64,000 bases of DNA from a virus (Duplodnaviria; Caudoviricetes): positions 2,016 to 66,015 of the IMG/VR virus record IMGVR_UViG_3300049165_000080; one strand, 5' to 3'. Shown here piece after piece: positions 1 to 9,322 of the stretch. Under the pieces are notes generated by a model that saw only the letters and a program-made list of their open reading frames with translations, was not told the DNA's origin and did not search any database. The position numbers and the translations under genes are program-made. Each line of letters opens with the position of its first letter. Position 1 is the stretch's first letter.

Positions 1-324
1 CAGTAGGCCGACCATGAACCCGTACCGGGCAGGGCCCGCTGCTTTGCCGAGCAGGTCCCACGGCGCGGGGAACCGCTCCACCGTCACCGGGCGCCCTTCG
101 CCGGCCCGCTGGACCGCCCACGCGTCCGCGATCATGTCGGAGACGAGAACGCCGTCGCGGCTGCGGTAGTGGCCATGGATCAGATGGACGCCGCCGTAGC
201 GTTCCAGGATGGCGTCGCACTGCCGGTAGACGAGCGGGACATCGTCGAAGGTACGGGTAGCGGCGAACAGCAGATGGAACAGCGACGGCTCCGGCGTCGG
301 TGACGCCGGGGAAGGGTCAGGCAT
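1..324 (-). CDS. SLOG-superfamily (DUF2493/YspA-like) protein, runs off the window edge
   Basis: Hand translation from ATG at 324: MPDPSPAS...LIHGHYRSRDG...DMIADAWA...VERFPAPWDLLGKAAGPAR, matching the HG..AD.WA..FPA.W..GKAAGP.R pattern of DUF2493; absent from the ORF track. Confidence 0.7.
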   Translation of the reverse strand, partial: MPDPSPASPTPEPSLFHLLFAATRTFDDVPLVYRQCDAILERYGGVHLIHGHYRSRDGVLVSDMIADAWAVQRAGEGRPVTVERFPAPWDLLGKAAGPARYGFMVGLL

Positions 325-712
325 CGCACACCTCCCGTACCAGCTCCAGCAGATGAGCGGCGTGGCAGTGGTCCGACTCCCCCGGCTTCGGAGTAGGACA
401 CCAGCAGGCGAGATCCCGGCCGGCGAGCTCATCGAGGCGGAGCATCAGATGCGGCTGCTCGATCACCCACGACGAGTACAGGTCCACGGCCTGCTCGCGG
501 GTCATGGGCGTGAGGGAGACGAGGCCGCGGGCTCCGCCTGGGAATGCGGCGGCGATGTACGGCCACAGCGGGGAGTCGTTGCGGATCTTCTCGCCGACCT
601 TGAACGGGTTGCCCCAGATCGTCGTTCGATCTACGCAGACCGCGCCCTCCGGAAGCTTCGAGCCTTTGGTCCTCTTGCGCTGGATGCGCTTCGGCTGTCG
701 CGGGTCAGGCAT
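317..712 (-). CDS. DUF4326 domain protein
   Basis: VDRTTIWGNPF and LAGRDLACWC motifs. Confidence 0.85.
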   Translation of the reverse strand: MPDPRQPKRIQRKRTKGSKLPEGAVCVDRTTIWGNPFKVGEKIRNDSPLWPYIAAAFPGGARGLVSLTPMTREQAVDLYSSWVIEQPHLMLRLDELAGRDLACWCPTPKPGESDHCHAAHLLELVREVCDA

Positions 713-1061
713 GGCCTACTCCGGATGTCCAAGGCAGCGCGAGTCCATCGCCAGCGCGGCGGGGAACAACATGCAGGTGCAGGTGGAACACGGACTGGGT
801 GGCGTCCCGCCCCACCGACGTGATCACATTGCAGGAGCCGACCTCAGCGGCGTACTCGGCTGCGGCCTCCATCGTCATGGCGGACACTTCCGGGTCCTCT
901 GCCACGTCTCGTACGTGGGTGGTGGGGATCACCAGCGTGTGCCCCTCGGTGGCGGGGTTCAGCGGCTTGAACGCGATAGCGGCGGGCCAGGTGCGGACGA
1001 TTGTGGCGGGCGCTTCCCCTGCGAGGATGTCGCAGAAGATGCAGCGGTCAGGGGCGGTCAC
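705..1061 (-). CDS. HIT family nucleotide hydrolase
   Basis: CIFC N-terminus, GHTLVIP, HLHLHVVPR histidine triad. Confidence 0.93.
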   Translation of the reverse strand: MTAPDRCIFCDILAGEAPATIVRTWPAAIAFKPLNPATEGHTLVIPTTHVRDVAEDPEVSAMTMEAAAEYAAEVGSCNVITSVGRDATQSVFHLHLHVVPRRAGDGLALPWTSGVGHA

Positions 1062-1146
1062 CGGGTACCTCTTTCAAGATCGTTGCGGTTTGGTATGCGG
1101 CTCTCCCCCCGTCCCGACCAAGACAGGAAAGGAGGGAGAGCCAGGG

Positions 1147-1488
1147 TCAGCAGAACTCGCCGTCGTAGAAGGGGACACCCCGCTCGGCGCGGAAGGACAC
1201 GGCCTTTCGCTCCCAGTCCCACATGCGCGCCTCGCCAGCGGCTATCGCGTCGGCGGGCCGCTTCGTCGCATCCTCCATGAACTCCTCCCACGGCACCTCA
1301 TAGCCGCTCTCCGCCATGACCTTCACGTCCGGGCGGGACAGGAACTCGCGCCACGCCTCCACGGTCACAAGCCCGAGATCGCGGTGCGCCCGGAAGAGGA
1401 ATTCCTTGCCGCCGACGTGCTTGCCGATGTGCAGCCCTTCATCGCCCTCGGTCGTCTCAGGAGTGATCGCGTAGTAGTTGGTGCTCAT
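1147..1488 (-). CDS. Hypothetical phage protein
   Basis: ORF in operon orientation with an upstream AAGGA RBS. Confidence 0.7.
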   Translation of the reverse strand: MSTNYYAITPETTEGDEGLHIGKHVGGKEFLFRAHRDLGLVTVEAWREFLSRPDVKVMAESGYEVPWEEFMEDATKRPADAIAAGEARMWDWERKAVSFRAERGVPFYDGEFC

Positions 1489-1592
1489 CGGTCGGGTTCC
1501 TTCCGTTCAGGGGGTCGGGGTCAGAGGCGGCCGGGAAAGCGTTTCCCGGACTGGGGTGGGGTGGCCCGGCAGGGAGGAGCCGGGCCAGAGGG

Positions 1593-2171
1593 TCAGGCGT
1601 CGGGGTGGGCGATGCCTCGGGCGCGCTCCAGATCGCTGTCCGCCTGCGGAGTACCGGCGCCATTGACCAGCAGGTAGATCTCCGCCTCTTCGCGCTCCGT
1701 GCCCACTCGCGCCTCGCAGACGGGAAGCTGGGCCATCCGCATGAAGCGCCGCTGCCCGACGATGGTCAGCCCCGAGAAGCGGACATAAGGGCCGTCTTCC
1801 GTGTCCTCGCTGGCTTCGATCTGGTCAGCAAGGAACCAGGAAGCTGGCACTGCAAAGTCGCTGTTGTACCAGGCGATGGCGGTGAGCATGCGCTGCTTGC
1901 CGTCGATCATGGCGTAGGCGGGGCCGAGTTCACGTCCGCGTTCCCAGGAGCTGGTCATGCGGTCGTTGATGATCATTGCGGGGATGGGGAGACCCAGCAG
2001 CCACGACTTCACGAGCGCGACCCTCTGGTCCGGCGTCCACACGTCGCCGCGCTGGTACGGGGTGTCCAAGAGCAGGTCGCTCTCCTGGACCAGCTTCGCC
2101 AAGCCGATCGCCTCCCGGTTGGTGGCGTTCAGGCTCCGGCGCTCCAGCGGCTGATCGGCCTGGCGGGTCAT
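1593..2171 (-). CDS. Stand-alone DUF262 (ParB/Srx-like, GmrSD N-terminal) protein
   Basis: PYQRGDVW, LPIP and IDGKQR motifs; start taken at MTRQ. Confidence 0.85.
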   Translation of the reverse strand: MTRQADQPLERRSLNATNREAIGLAKLVQESDLLLDTPYQRGDVWTPDQRVALVKSWLLGLPIPAMIINDRMTSSWERGRELGPAYAMIDGKQRMLTAIAWYNSDFAVPASWFLADQIEASEDTEDGPYVRFSGLTIVGQRRFMRMAQLPVCEARVGTEREEAEIYLLVNGAGTPQADSDLERARGIAHPDA

Positions 2172-2209
2172 GCGGCACCTTCCTTTGGTCGTTGATGGGT
2201 TGAGGGCGG

Positions 2210-2410
2210 TCAGGCGGCGGGGCACAGGGCGGCCAGAGGGTTGCCGCAGTCCGGGCAGCGCCACGCGTCGGGGGCTGCCGGGCGGCCCTCAGGAGGCTCC
2301 CCACACGAGACGCAGCGGGCGGCAGGGCGAGGCCGGTGGAGGATGACCCGGACGCCTTCAACGAGCGCGCAGGCGAACTGGCCGGGTGGGCGGGGGATGA
2401 GGTTTCGCAT
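2210..2410 (-). CDS. Small Zn-finger-like protein
   Basis: CVSC and CPDC pairs. Confidence 0.45.
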   Translation of the reverse strand: MRNLIPRPPGQFACALVEGVRVILHRPRPAARCVSCGEPPEGRPAAPDAWRCPDCGNPLAALCPAA

Positions 2411-2430
2411 CGTGCACTCGATTCACAGAG

Positions 2431-2739
2431 TCAGGCGGGAAGCAGAGGCCGGATGTCCACGGACGGGTCCAGCTCGGCGAGGTCGACCATCGCCGTGAAG
2501 TAGGCGGCGGACGCGTCGAGGTGGGCCTTGCGCAGGCCGGCGATGACGGGGCTGGTCTCGGCCTTGATGTCGGCGAGGCCGAACACGAAGGCGGACGTGG
2601 CGGCGTCGGGCACGCGGAGCGCGCGGCGGAGCCGGCGGGCGGCGTCTACGAGGTCACGACCGGTGACGCGGGCGGCGAGCCTGGCATCCCACAGGAGGAA
2701 CTCGGTGGTGTAGCTGCCGTCCGGGTTGGTCGCGGGCAT
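2431..2739 (-). CDS. Hypothetical protein
   Basis: MPATNPDGSY start after a GAGGAG RBS. Confidence 0.6.
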   Translation of the reverse strand: MPATNPDGSYTTEFLLWDARLAARVTGRDLVDAARRLRRALRVPDAATSAFVFGLADIKAETSPVIAGLRKAHLDASAAYFTAMVDLAELDPSVDIRPLLPA

Positions 2740-2812
2740 CGGGTGCTCCTCGGGATCGGAGGGAAAGCGGTTACCGAGAGGTGGCCCGGAGGATTGCCCG
2801 GGCCCGGGAAGG

Positions 2813-3019
2813 TCAGGCGTCGAGAGCCGCCAGCTCGTCGGCCCGGTAGTCGGCGGGCAGAGAGTCCGGGTCTCCGTCCAGGACCACGCCGTAGCCGCCG
2901 TGTTCGGCGGGCAAACAGCAGATGGTGCCGAGCGTCCCGGCCGGGGCGGAGAACGCGCCCTCCCATGCGGCAGGGGCGTCAACGGTGGTCCGGACCCGCT
3001 GACCGATGCGGAAAGTCAT
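2813..3019 (-). CDS. Small SH3/KOW-like hypothetical protein
   Basis: MTFRIGQRVRTT...GTLGTI...YGVVLD, after an AAGGAG RBS. Confidence 0.6.
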   Translation of the reverse strand: MTFRIGQRVRTTVDAPAAWEGAFSAPAGTLGTICCLPAEHGGYGVVLDGDPDSLPADYRADELAALDA

Positions 3020-3029
3020 GGTCGGCTCC

Positions 3030-3242
3030 TTAGTCCTCAAAGTTTGTTTCCAGCAGCGCCAGGGCGGTCTGCAGGACGCTGTCGATACCCATGGCGACAG
3101 CAGGCAGATCCGCATAGTTGAGGCCGCCACGGTTGGCCTCGATCGCGACGGCGACGTGTTCGCGGGCCGAGTTCATGAGGACGATCAGTTCCTCAACGGT
3201 GACGTTCTCGGTCTGGGCCTCGGTGGCCATGAGCGTCATCAC
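3030..3242 (-). CDS. Hypothetical protein
   Basis: AGGAG RBS, operon orientation. Confidence 0.6.
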   Translation of the reverse strand: MMTLMATEAQTENVTVEELIVLMNSAREHVAVAIEANRGGLNYADLPAVAMGIDSVLQTALALLETNFED

Positions 3243-3322
3243 TTCTCCTGTGGTTGAGGTGGGCCAGCGCTTGCGGGTTCAGGGAGGGAAAGGGAGCCCG
3301 GGGTTCCCCCCGGGCCAGGAGG

Positions 3323-3508
3323 TCAGAGGTCGAGCAGTTCGCGGGCGTCGGCGAGCTCCAGCCAGTAGCCGTCCCGGATCTCGGGGGTCTGGTCGGCGAG
3401 GAAGCGGTCCCTCAGCTCGGGGATGTTCCGGCTGAGCATCTGGTGCATCGCCACGATGATCGCGGCGGTGGCCCTCTCGTCTGCGGTGGCGGTGCTGGTG
3501 GCGGTCAT
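3323..3508 (-). CDS. Hypothetical protein
   Basis: MTATSTAT start with GGGAG RBS. Confidence 0.55.
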   Translation of the reverse strand: MTATSTATADERATAAIIVAMHQMLSRNIPELRDRFLADQTPEIRDGYWLELADARELLDL

Positions 3509-3650
3509 TTCGTCTCCCTGGCGTCTCGCTCCATGCTGATGCCTCAACCGTATGGCTTACCCATGCACCTGTCAATGACATCCATGCGCCTGGTTTTCCA
3601 ATGCAGTGCGCGGCCTAGGAATGCGCCCCTGACCCGCATACACTGATCGC

Positions 3651-3884
3651 ATGGCACGACCCACTCACCCCTGGATCCCAGTCGGCATCGACGGCATAGC
3701 CGCCGAGCTCGGCGTCTCCGAGAACACCGTCATCGCCTGGCGTCGCCGCTCGGCCGAGTGGGTCAACGTGGCCAAGTTCCCCGAGTCGGAAGGCAAGATC
3801 TCCGGTCGCGACTGGTGGTGGCTCCACGACGTACTGGAGTGGGCGAAGGAGACCGGCCGTCTCAAGCAGCCCGCCGGCGAGTAG
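3651..3884 (+). CDS. Small helix-turn-helix DNA-binding protein (AlpA/excisionase-like)
   Basis: DGIAAELGVSENTVIAWRRR HTH, followed by FPE..G..WWW. Confidence 0.8.
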   Translation: MARPTHPWIPVGIDGIAAELGVSENTVIAWRRRSAEWVNVAKFPESEGKISGRDWWWLHDVLEWAKETGRLKQPAGE

Positions 3885-3900
3885 CCGCTCACCGCCCTCA

Positions 3901-4272
3901 TCAGCCCGCGACCTGAGCGAGAACCCGGCAGCCCACCACCGTGCCGTCGGCATTACGAACCTCGCCGTAAGGCACAAGCAGGTCATCACGACCCGCCTGT
4001 CCGAGAGCCAGCGCCAGCGAAACGACGTACCGGACCCCGTCGACAGGCTGCGGCAGGTCGTGCGCATGCCCGTACTCGACGCCCTCGATCGGGATGCCGT
4101 CGACGTAGGTCCAGGTGCCTAAGTCGATCGTGGCCAACCTGGCGACGGTTCCGGACGGCGGGATCAAGTGCAGCGTCCAGCGCGCCGGATCGTTGACGCG
4201 GTCTGGCGTATCGGGACGGCAGATGCGGATCGGGTGCGGGGTCAGGTTGACGATCCGCCGCTCGGCCTTCAC
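3901..4272 (-). CDS. Conserved phage hypothetical protein (VNLTPH motif)
   Basis: IVNLTPHPIRI...YVVSLALA...DLLVP pattern. Confidence 0.7.
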   Translation of the reverse strand: MKAERRIVNLTPHPIRICRPDTPDRVNDPARWTLHLIPPSGTVARLATIDLGTWTYVDGIPIEGVEYGHAHDLPQPVDGVRYVVSLALALGQAGRDDLLVPYGEVRNADGTVVGCRVLAQVAG

Positions 4273-4688
4273 GACGCCTCCCCCGACTGGTCAGCAGGCT
4301 CGGTCACGTCGATGCTCAGCTCGTCTCGTAGGCGTCGCAGCCGCTCCCACGACCAATGGGCGAGCCGGGTCTCACCGGCCAGGTTCCGCATGTCCTCCGT
4401 GCCGGACTGGTGGACGGCGGCCAGGATGCGCAACCACGCCACGTCCACCCATTCCGTGACGGAGTGCGGGTAGCAGCGGTGGCGGCCCGACCGTTCGGGG
4501 CCGGTGGTGGGCGGGCAGCCGACCTCGATCAGTGGGTACGAGTACCGCCCGATCAGCAGGTCACAGTCCCGATGGCCGTCTATGCCTGAGGTGATCGCGG
4601 CGATGGCCGGTTCGGGCTGGCTGTACTCGGCTGGGGTGGTGATGGCCGGGTCGTGGGAGAGGCATAGGACGCGGTAGACGCTGCTCAC
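4269..4688 (-). CDS. Hypothetical protein
   Basis: GTG start overlaps the upstream stop (GTGA); YRVLCLSHDPAI. Confidence 0.6.
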   Translation of the reverse strand: MSSVYRVLCLSHDPAITTPAEYSQPEPAIAAITSGIDGHRDCDLLIGRYSYPLIEVGCPPTTGPERSGRHRCYPHSVTEWVDVAWLRILAAVHQSGTEDMRNLAGETRLAHWSWERLRRLRDELSIDVTEPADQSGEAS

Positions 4689-5029
4689 CGGGACGCCTCC
4701 CCCGCCTGCTCGGCGAGACGTCGGCGGATCGCCATACGCCACTGACGGGCAACCGCCTCCACCTGAAGCAGCTCATCGAGGAGCTTCTCGGGATCCACTT
4801 CGGCGAACGCCTCGCTGACCTCCTCGCACAGGATGTGCTGCCAGGTGACCTCGCCGGTAGCGGCGGCGTCCTGGCACCACTCGCGCGCCAGGTCGGCGTG
4901 CGCTTTCGCGTCGTGACTGTCGCTGGTCCCGTCCGGGTGGTTTTGCGGTCCGAACTTGGCGTCCTGGCGGCGCATCTCCTCCCGGACTTCGTCCTCTTCG
5001 CGGGTCAGGTTGGCGGTGAAGTAGCTCAT
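4685..5029 (-). CDS. MazG-like all-alpha NTP pyrophosphatase
   Basis: ILCEEVSEAF...DELLQVEAVA helical EExxE / ExxQ pattern. Confidence 0.6.
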   Translation of the reverse strand: MSYFTANLTREEDEVREEMRRQDAKFGPQNHPDGTSDSHDAKAHADLAREWCQDAAATGEVTWQHILCEEVSEAFAEVDPEKLLDELLQVEAVARQWRMAIRRRLAEQAGEASR

Positions 5030-5151
5030 GGTTCGTTCGATTCCTCTCTCGGACAGAGCTCGGTGGGTTGCCGAACCCTGCGACTAAACGATCACTAGTT
5101 CTGATCGGGGAGCGCTGAGAGCCGTTCAGAAGCCGTCAGCGCTCCCGGTTG

Positions 5152-5508
5152 CTACACGGAGACCGGGTCGGCCTCTTCTCCCGCCACAGACGGTTTCTGG
5201 GTCCGCCGATGGCCTACGAAGACGGGCGGGAGACCCGCCCGGTTGAACAGGTGGTCCGCCGCCGCCCACGGCGCCAGCCCTTGCTCACCCAAGACGGCCA
5301 GCTCGCCCAGCACCACCGCCTCCGCCGCCTCGTCTGCCGGCGTGAACGAATACGGCGTCACGATCTTGACCGGGGCCTGCCCGCTCACCGACGCCCAGTC
5401 CAGCGGCGACGGCTCCTCGTCGGCCCCCTGCGGCGTCTCCACCGGAGGGGCAGAGCTCCAGATGCCCGACAGGCGATCCCACACGTGGTGGGTGTACGGC
5501 CACGTCAC
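5152..5508 (-). CDS. Hypothetical protein
   Basis: Overlapping-stop operon chain. Confidence 0.5.
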   Translation of the reverse strand: MTWPYTHHVWDRLSGIWSSAPPVETPQGADEEPSPLDWASVSGQAPVKIVTPYSFTPADEAAEAVVLGELAVLGEQGLAPWAAADHLFNRAGLPPVFVGHRRTQKPSVAGEEADPVSV

Positions 5509-5921
5509 GGCTTGCCGCCGTTCAAGACCCGAGCCACAGCCAGAGCGCCATCGACGAAAGCGACGCAGGTGGTCTCCTCGTCGTTGCAGGCTGTGCAGAA
5601 CTTGGTGTCCGGCAGGCCCGCATAGTCCGGGTCCTGCGGGTGCTCCCGCGCGACCCGGGCGGCGGACTCCAGCCAGGAGGCGAGAGGCTCCCGGGCGTTG
5701 ATCAGCGTCGCCACCAGCCGCGCCAGGACGCGGTCCTGCACGTCGAAGTAGTGGCAGTTCCGGCAGATCTCGGCGGGCTCGTCGTGGTTGCCGCAGATCA
5801 CCACGACCGAGGTGTCCCGTTCCACCACTCGCGCGGTCACGGCGGGCAGCAGGTGTTCCCGTGCTCGTGCAGCCGCCGTCCGCATCTCGTCGGCGGGTGC
5901 CTCGGTCTTGATCTCAGGCAT
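5505..5921 (-). CDS. Hypothetical protein with Cys motifs
   Basis: MPEIKTE start; CRNCH and CTAC. Confidence 0.55.
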   Translation of the reverse strand: MPEIKTEAPADEMRTAAARAREHLLPAVTARVVERDTSVVVICGNHDEPAEICRNCHYFDVQDRVLARLVATLINAREPLASWLESAARVAREHPQDPDYAGLPDTKFCTACNDEETTCVAFVDGALAVARVLNGGKP

Positions 5922-6282
5922 GCTCACTCCCGTTGACGATGCGGACGATCTTGAGAGCGTGCTCGTAGTCCTGCGGCATCGGACCGTCCACGGACAGGTG
6001 CACGCCCTGCCAGGACTCCAGCCAGACGGCGACAGGCTCCAGCAGTGCACGCGCCAGGTGGTCCTCGGACGGGCCGCCGGTGCTCGCACGCTCGACAGCC
6101 AGGCGGAGCGCGTCCGTCGCCGCCGCGAACTCGTCGGCGAGAGTCCTGGTCTTGCCGGGTGCGAGCATCTCGACCGCGCAGGCCCGGCAGAACTCGCCGT
6201 CTCGACCCTCGAACAGGTGCAGGTGCCCGGTGGTGGAGCTGCACCGCGTACAGGTGAGCGTCTCGGTCTTGGAATCGCTCAT
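5914..6282 (-). CDS. Hypothetical protein with N-terminal Zn ribbon
   Basis: CTRC and CRAC; coupled stop/start. Confidence 0.55.
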   Translation of the reverse strand: MSDSKTETLTCTRCSSTTGHLHLFEGRDGEFCRACAVEMLAPGKTRTLADEFAAATDALRLAVERASTGGPSEDHLARALLEPVAVWLESWQGVHLSVDGPMPQDYEHALKIVRIVNGSEHA

Positions 6283-6641
6283 CGGGCGAACACCTCGCCC
6301 TCGCGCTCGGCGACGGGCGCGTCCACGGCCTGCCAAGTCGAGCACGGCCAGCACTCGGTGTGGTCGTGGTTGTCCACGCAGTCCTCGGTCTGCGAGTCGC
6401 CCGGCGCGCAACACTCGCGGCAGATCGAGTACTGGTAGCCGGACCGGCACACCTCGCCGAGCTCGTTCACCACCACCACGTCGGCGCCGTCGTCATGCTC
6501 GGCGTGACGGCACTCCTCGTAGATCTTGAACTCGGCGTGGATGTCACGGACTTTCGCGACCTTGGCGCGCAGGTCGTTGATCTCGCCCTGCTGGTCCAGC
6601 AGCTTCTGGGCGATCTCCAGGCTGTTGACGTACTCAGGCAT
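6279..6641 (-). CDS. Hypothetical Cys/His-rich protein
   Basis: Coiled coil then CRECC and WPCST. Confidence 0.6.
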   Translation of the reverse strand: MPEYVNSLEIAQKLLDQQGEINDLRAKVAKVRDIHAEFKIYEECRHAEHDDGADVVVVNELGEVCRSGYQYSICRECCAPGDSQTEDCVDNHDHTECWPCSTWQAVDAPVAEREGEVFAR

Positions 6642-7014
6642 GGTCGGGGGTCCCCTCGGTGTTGGTCATCGCCTTGTTCATCACGTGGTCGAGCAGCGCC
6701 CGCAAGATCGCCTGTTCGCGCGGCGGGAGGTTTTCGATGCTCCAGAGGTCGCTGTCCACCTCGTGGCGGCTGCCATCGGTGGCGGTGTAGATCAGCGAGG
6801 GCCCGGCCGCCTGCTTCGATGTCACGGCCGCGCCGTCGAAGCGACGCAGGGCTTCCGCGATCCGGTGCGCGGTGCTGGCCTCCAGGGGGCTGCCCCTTTC
6901 GGCGTTGCGGATCGTTCCCCGACTCACGCCCGCAAGCTCGGCCAAGTCCTGCTGGCTCAGTCCTCGCTCAAGTCGCAGGCGGCGGGTGTCAGGGTCGATG
7001 GGCTCAGCGACCAT
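6634..7014 (-). CDS. XRE-family HTH protein
   Basis: LRLERGLSQQDLAELAGVSRGTIRNAERG. Confidence 0.9.
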   Translation of the reverse strand: MVAEPIDPDTRRLRLERGLSQQDLAELAGVSRGTIRNAERGSPLEASTAHRIAEALRRFDGAAVTSKQAAGPSLIYTATDGSRHEVDSDLWSIENLPPREQAILRALLDHVMNKAMTNTEGTPDHA

Positions 7015-7222
7015 GTGGGGCCTCTTTCGGGACGGATGGGCCAGGGCAGTTCGCCAGCGAGTGGCCCTGCCTCGTCGAACGGGCTTTGAGCGGGTTGTGC
7101 TGATCGCACTCGTCGACCGCGCGACCGAGGTCGATCAGCCCGCACGGCTCCTGAGGGCACGGGCATTCGTCCTCGATCTCGTGGCCCTCCCAGGACCGGC
7201 CGATATGGAATCCGGTGATCAC
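7004..7222 (-). CDS. Small Cys-rich hypothetical protein
   Basis: GTG start after GGAG; CPCPQEPC and CDQH. Confidence 0.55.
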   Translation of the reverse strand: MITGFHIGRSWEGHEIEDECPCPQEPCGLIDLGRAVDECDQHNPLKARSTRQGHSLANCPGPSVPKEAPHGR

Positions 7223-7280
7223 GGCATCTCCTCCGCGATCTTGGTCGGGTCTGGCAGTCCAGGAGGCAGGACAGCGGGCC

Positions 7281-7949
7281 TCATCCGCGCTCCCCATGCT
7301 CGAAACGAGCCGAACGGGCAGCGCGGTAGGCGTCATCGACACGGGCCGAGACGGGCACGATGCTGGTCGGTTGCGCCTTCGTCACGTCCGCCACGTCGGG
7401 CTGTAACAGGGAGCGGCCGGACTGGTAGAGCAGCGCCCCCAGAGCGGAGATCCCCGCCCCCTCGTACGGCTTGAGCAGCACCGTGTCGGACATCTCCGCG
7501 GTGACGACCTTCGGCAGCGATAAGAAGGCGACCTGCGAGTACTGCACGTCAGCGCAGGCGCAGAACTTGTCGCATGTCGCGTAGCCCTGCTGCGACACCA
7601 TCCAGTGCAGGTGTGCCGTCCCCGGCTCCGGGATCGGGCCGAGCACCAGCACGGTCGTCTCGTAGAACGGGTTCGGCCGGCCGAGCCCCGTCTTGGGGTG
7701 GACGGCATCCCCGATCAACTTCAGGTCCAAGTTGATCGGGTCGCCCTTCACCTCCACCCACGTGCCGAGCGTCGGCAGGTAAAAGTCGGGCAGGTAGCGG
7801 CGCCGCTGGAACTCGGGGCCGATCTCGAAGCCTTGGGGCTCGTACTCCCATGGCACGCCGAGCGTGTCCAGGAAGACACCCCATCTGGCCTCCAACCTGG
7901 AGCGGAAGCGGCAGCCCTTGTACTCGGTTTCGATCGCCTGGATGGTCAC
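7281..7949 (-). CDS. PD-(D/E)XK restriction-endonuclease-like nuclease
   Basis: FRSRLEARW, WEYEPQGF, YLPDFYLP, WVEVKG. Confidence 0.85.
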   Translation of the reverse strand: MTIQAIETEYKGCRFRSRLEARWGVFLDTLGVPWEYEPQGFEIGPEFQRRRYLPDFYLPTLGTWVEVKGDPINLDLKLIGDAVHPKTGLGRPNPFYETTVLVLGPIPEPGTAHLHWMVSQQGYATCDKFCACADVQYSQVAFLSLPKVVTAEMSDTVLLKPYEGAGISALGALLYQSGRSLLQPDVADVTKAQPTSIVPVSARVDDAYRAARSARFEHGERG

Positions 7950-7960
7950 GTCAGGTCCTC

Positions 7961-9322
7961 TCAGGAGACGGCGTGCAGGTTGGGGCGGACATTGCTTGGG
8001 TCGGGCTCGAAGTCCATGGCTCGTGCGTAGTGCGGCTGCCAGGCGAGCGTGATCGTGGCGGTGCGGCCTTGCCTGTGCTTGTCGACGATCAGCTCGATCT
8101 CGCCTGCGCGGGCGGACTCGGGCTCGTAGGCGTCCTCGCGGTGCAGCAGGATCACCACGTCCGCGTCCTGCTCCAAGGAGCCCGACTCGCGCAGGTCCGA
8201 CTTGCTCGGACGCTTGTTGGTGCGCTGCTCAGGGCCGCGGTTCAACTGGCAGCCCACAACGATCGGGATGCCGAACTCGCCCGCGAGCTTCTTCAGGCTG
8301 CGGCTCAGGTCCGACACTTCGACCTGGCGGGATTCCGACCGTTTGCCGCTGGACATCAGCTGCAGGTAGTCGACGACGACGAGCGCCGGCATCATGCCGT
8401 TGCGCCGCATGCGGCGGATGCCCGCGGCCAGGTGCGCGATGGTCATCGCCGAGTTGTCGTCGATGATCAGGTCGCTGTACTCGGCGAGTTGCGCCTGGGC
8501 TCGGGCCACGCTCGCCCATCCGGCGTCGGTGAGGTCGCCCTTCTGCAGGGCGGTCAGGTTGACCCTTCCCAGGGCGGCGATCATCCGCAGCGCGATCTCG
8601 TCCTTGGACATCTCCAGGCTGGCGAACAGCACCGGCTTGCCGAGCTTGTGGCGGACGTGAGTCGCCATGTTGACCATCACGACGGACTTGCCCATGCCGG
8701 GCCTCGCACCCACGATGATCAACTGTCCGGGGCGGAGCCGCGTCAGCAGATCGTCCAAGTCCGCCCAGCCTGTCGTCACCCCAGCGACCGGCTCCTTGGA
8801 GTCGAACCGGTCCAGGATCGGGCCGACCACATCGGCCACGGCCGCCGCGGTGGAGGTGGACGCCTGCAGCCGGGTCGCCTCGTCGATGGCCGACCGGACC
8901 GCGTCCACCCGCTCGTCCAAGTCGATGTGCCGGGCGCCCATGATCTGCTTGACCCGGTCGCCTGCGCTGATCGTGTGGCCGGTGACGGACGCTTCGATCA
9001 CCTGGCCGATGTAGTAGCCGACGTTCGTCGCGGTCGGGACGCCGGCGATCAGGTCGTGCAGGGTGAGTGCGCCGCCGATCTTCGCCAGGTTGTGATGCTT
9101 GTCCAGCTCGTCGGCCACCATCACAACGTCGACCGGCATGTTGCGGTTGGCCAGTGCGCTGATCGCCTCGAACACCAGCTGGTGGGCGCCGCGGCGGAAG
9201 TCGCCGCCCTGCAGCCGCTCCAACGCCTGCGCCGTCGCGTCAGCCGACAACATCATCGAGCCGAGCACCGCAGCCTCAGCTTCCAGGTCCTTCGCGAGCT
9301 GCGCGTCGATGTCGTCGGTCAC
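7961..9322 (-). CDS. dnaB: Replicative DNA helicase DnaB
   Basis: GARPGMGKS Walker A, SLEMS, VVVDYLQLM, QLNR, LRESGSLEQDAD. Confidence 0.98.
   Translation of the reverse strand: MTDDIDAQLAKDLEAEAAVLGSMMLSADATAQALERLQGGDFRRGAHQLVFEAISALANRNMPVDVVMVADELDKHHNLAKIGGALTLHDLIAGVPTATNVGYYIGQVIEASVTGHTISAGDRVKQIMGARHIDLDERVDAVRSAIDEATRLQASTSTAAAVADVVGPILDRFDSKEPVAGVTTGWADLDDLLTRLRPGQLIIVGARPGMGKSVVMVNMATHVRHKLGKPVLFASLEMSKDEIALRMIAALGRVNLTALQKGDLTDAGWASVARAQAQLAEYSDLIIDDNSAMTIAHLAAGIRRMRRNGMMPALVVVDYLQLMSSGKRSESRQVEVSDLSRSLKKLAGEFGIPIVVGCQLNRGPEQRTNKRPSKSDLRESGSLEQDADVVILLHREDAYEPESARAGEIELIVDKHRQGRTATITLAWQPHYARAMDFEPDPSNVRPNLHAVS

Noticed and set aside
1593-2171. Functional GmrSD type IV restriction system
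   Set aside because: No DUF1524/HNH partner is adjacent; only the DUF262 half is present.
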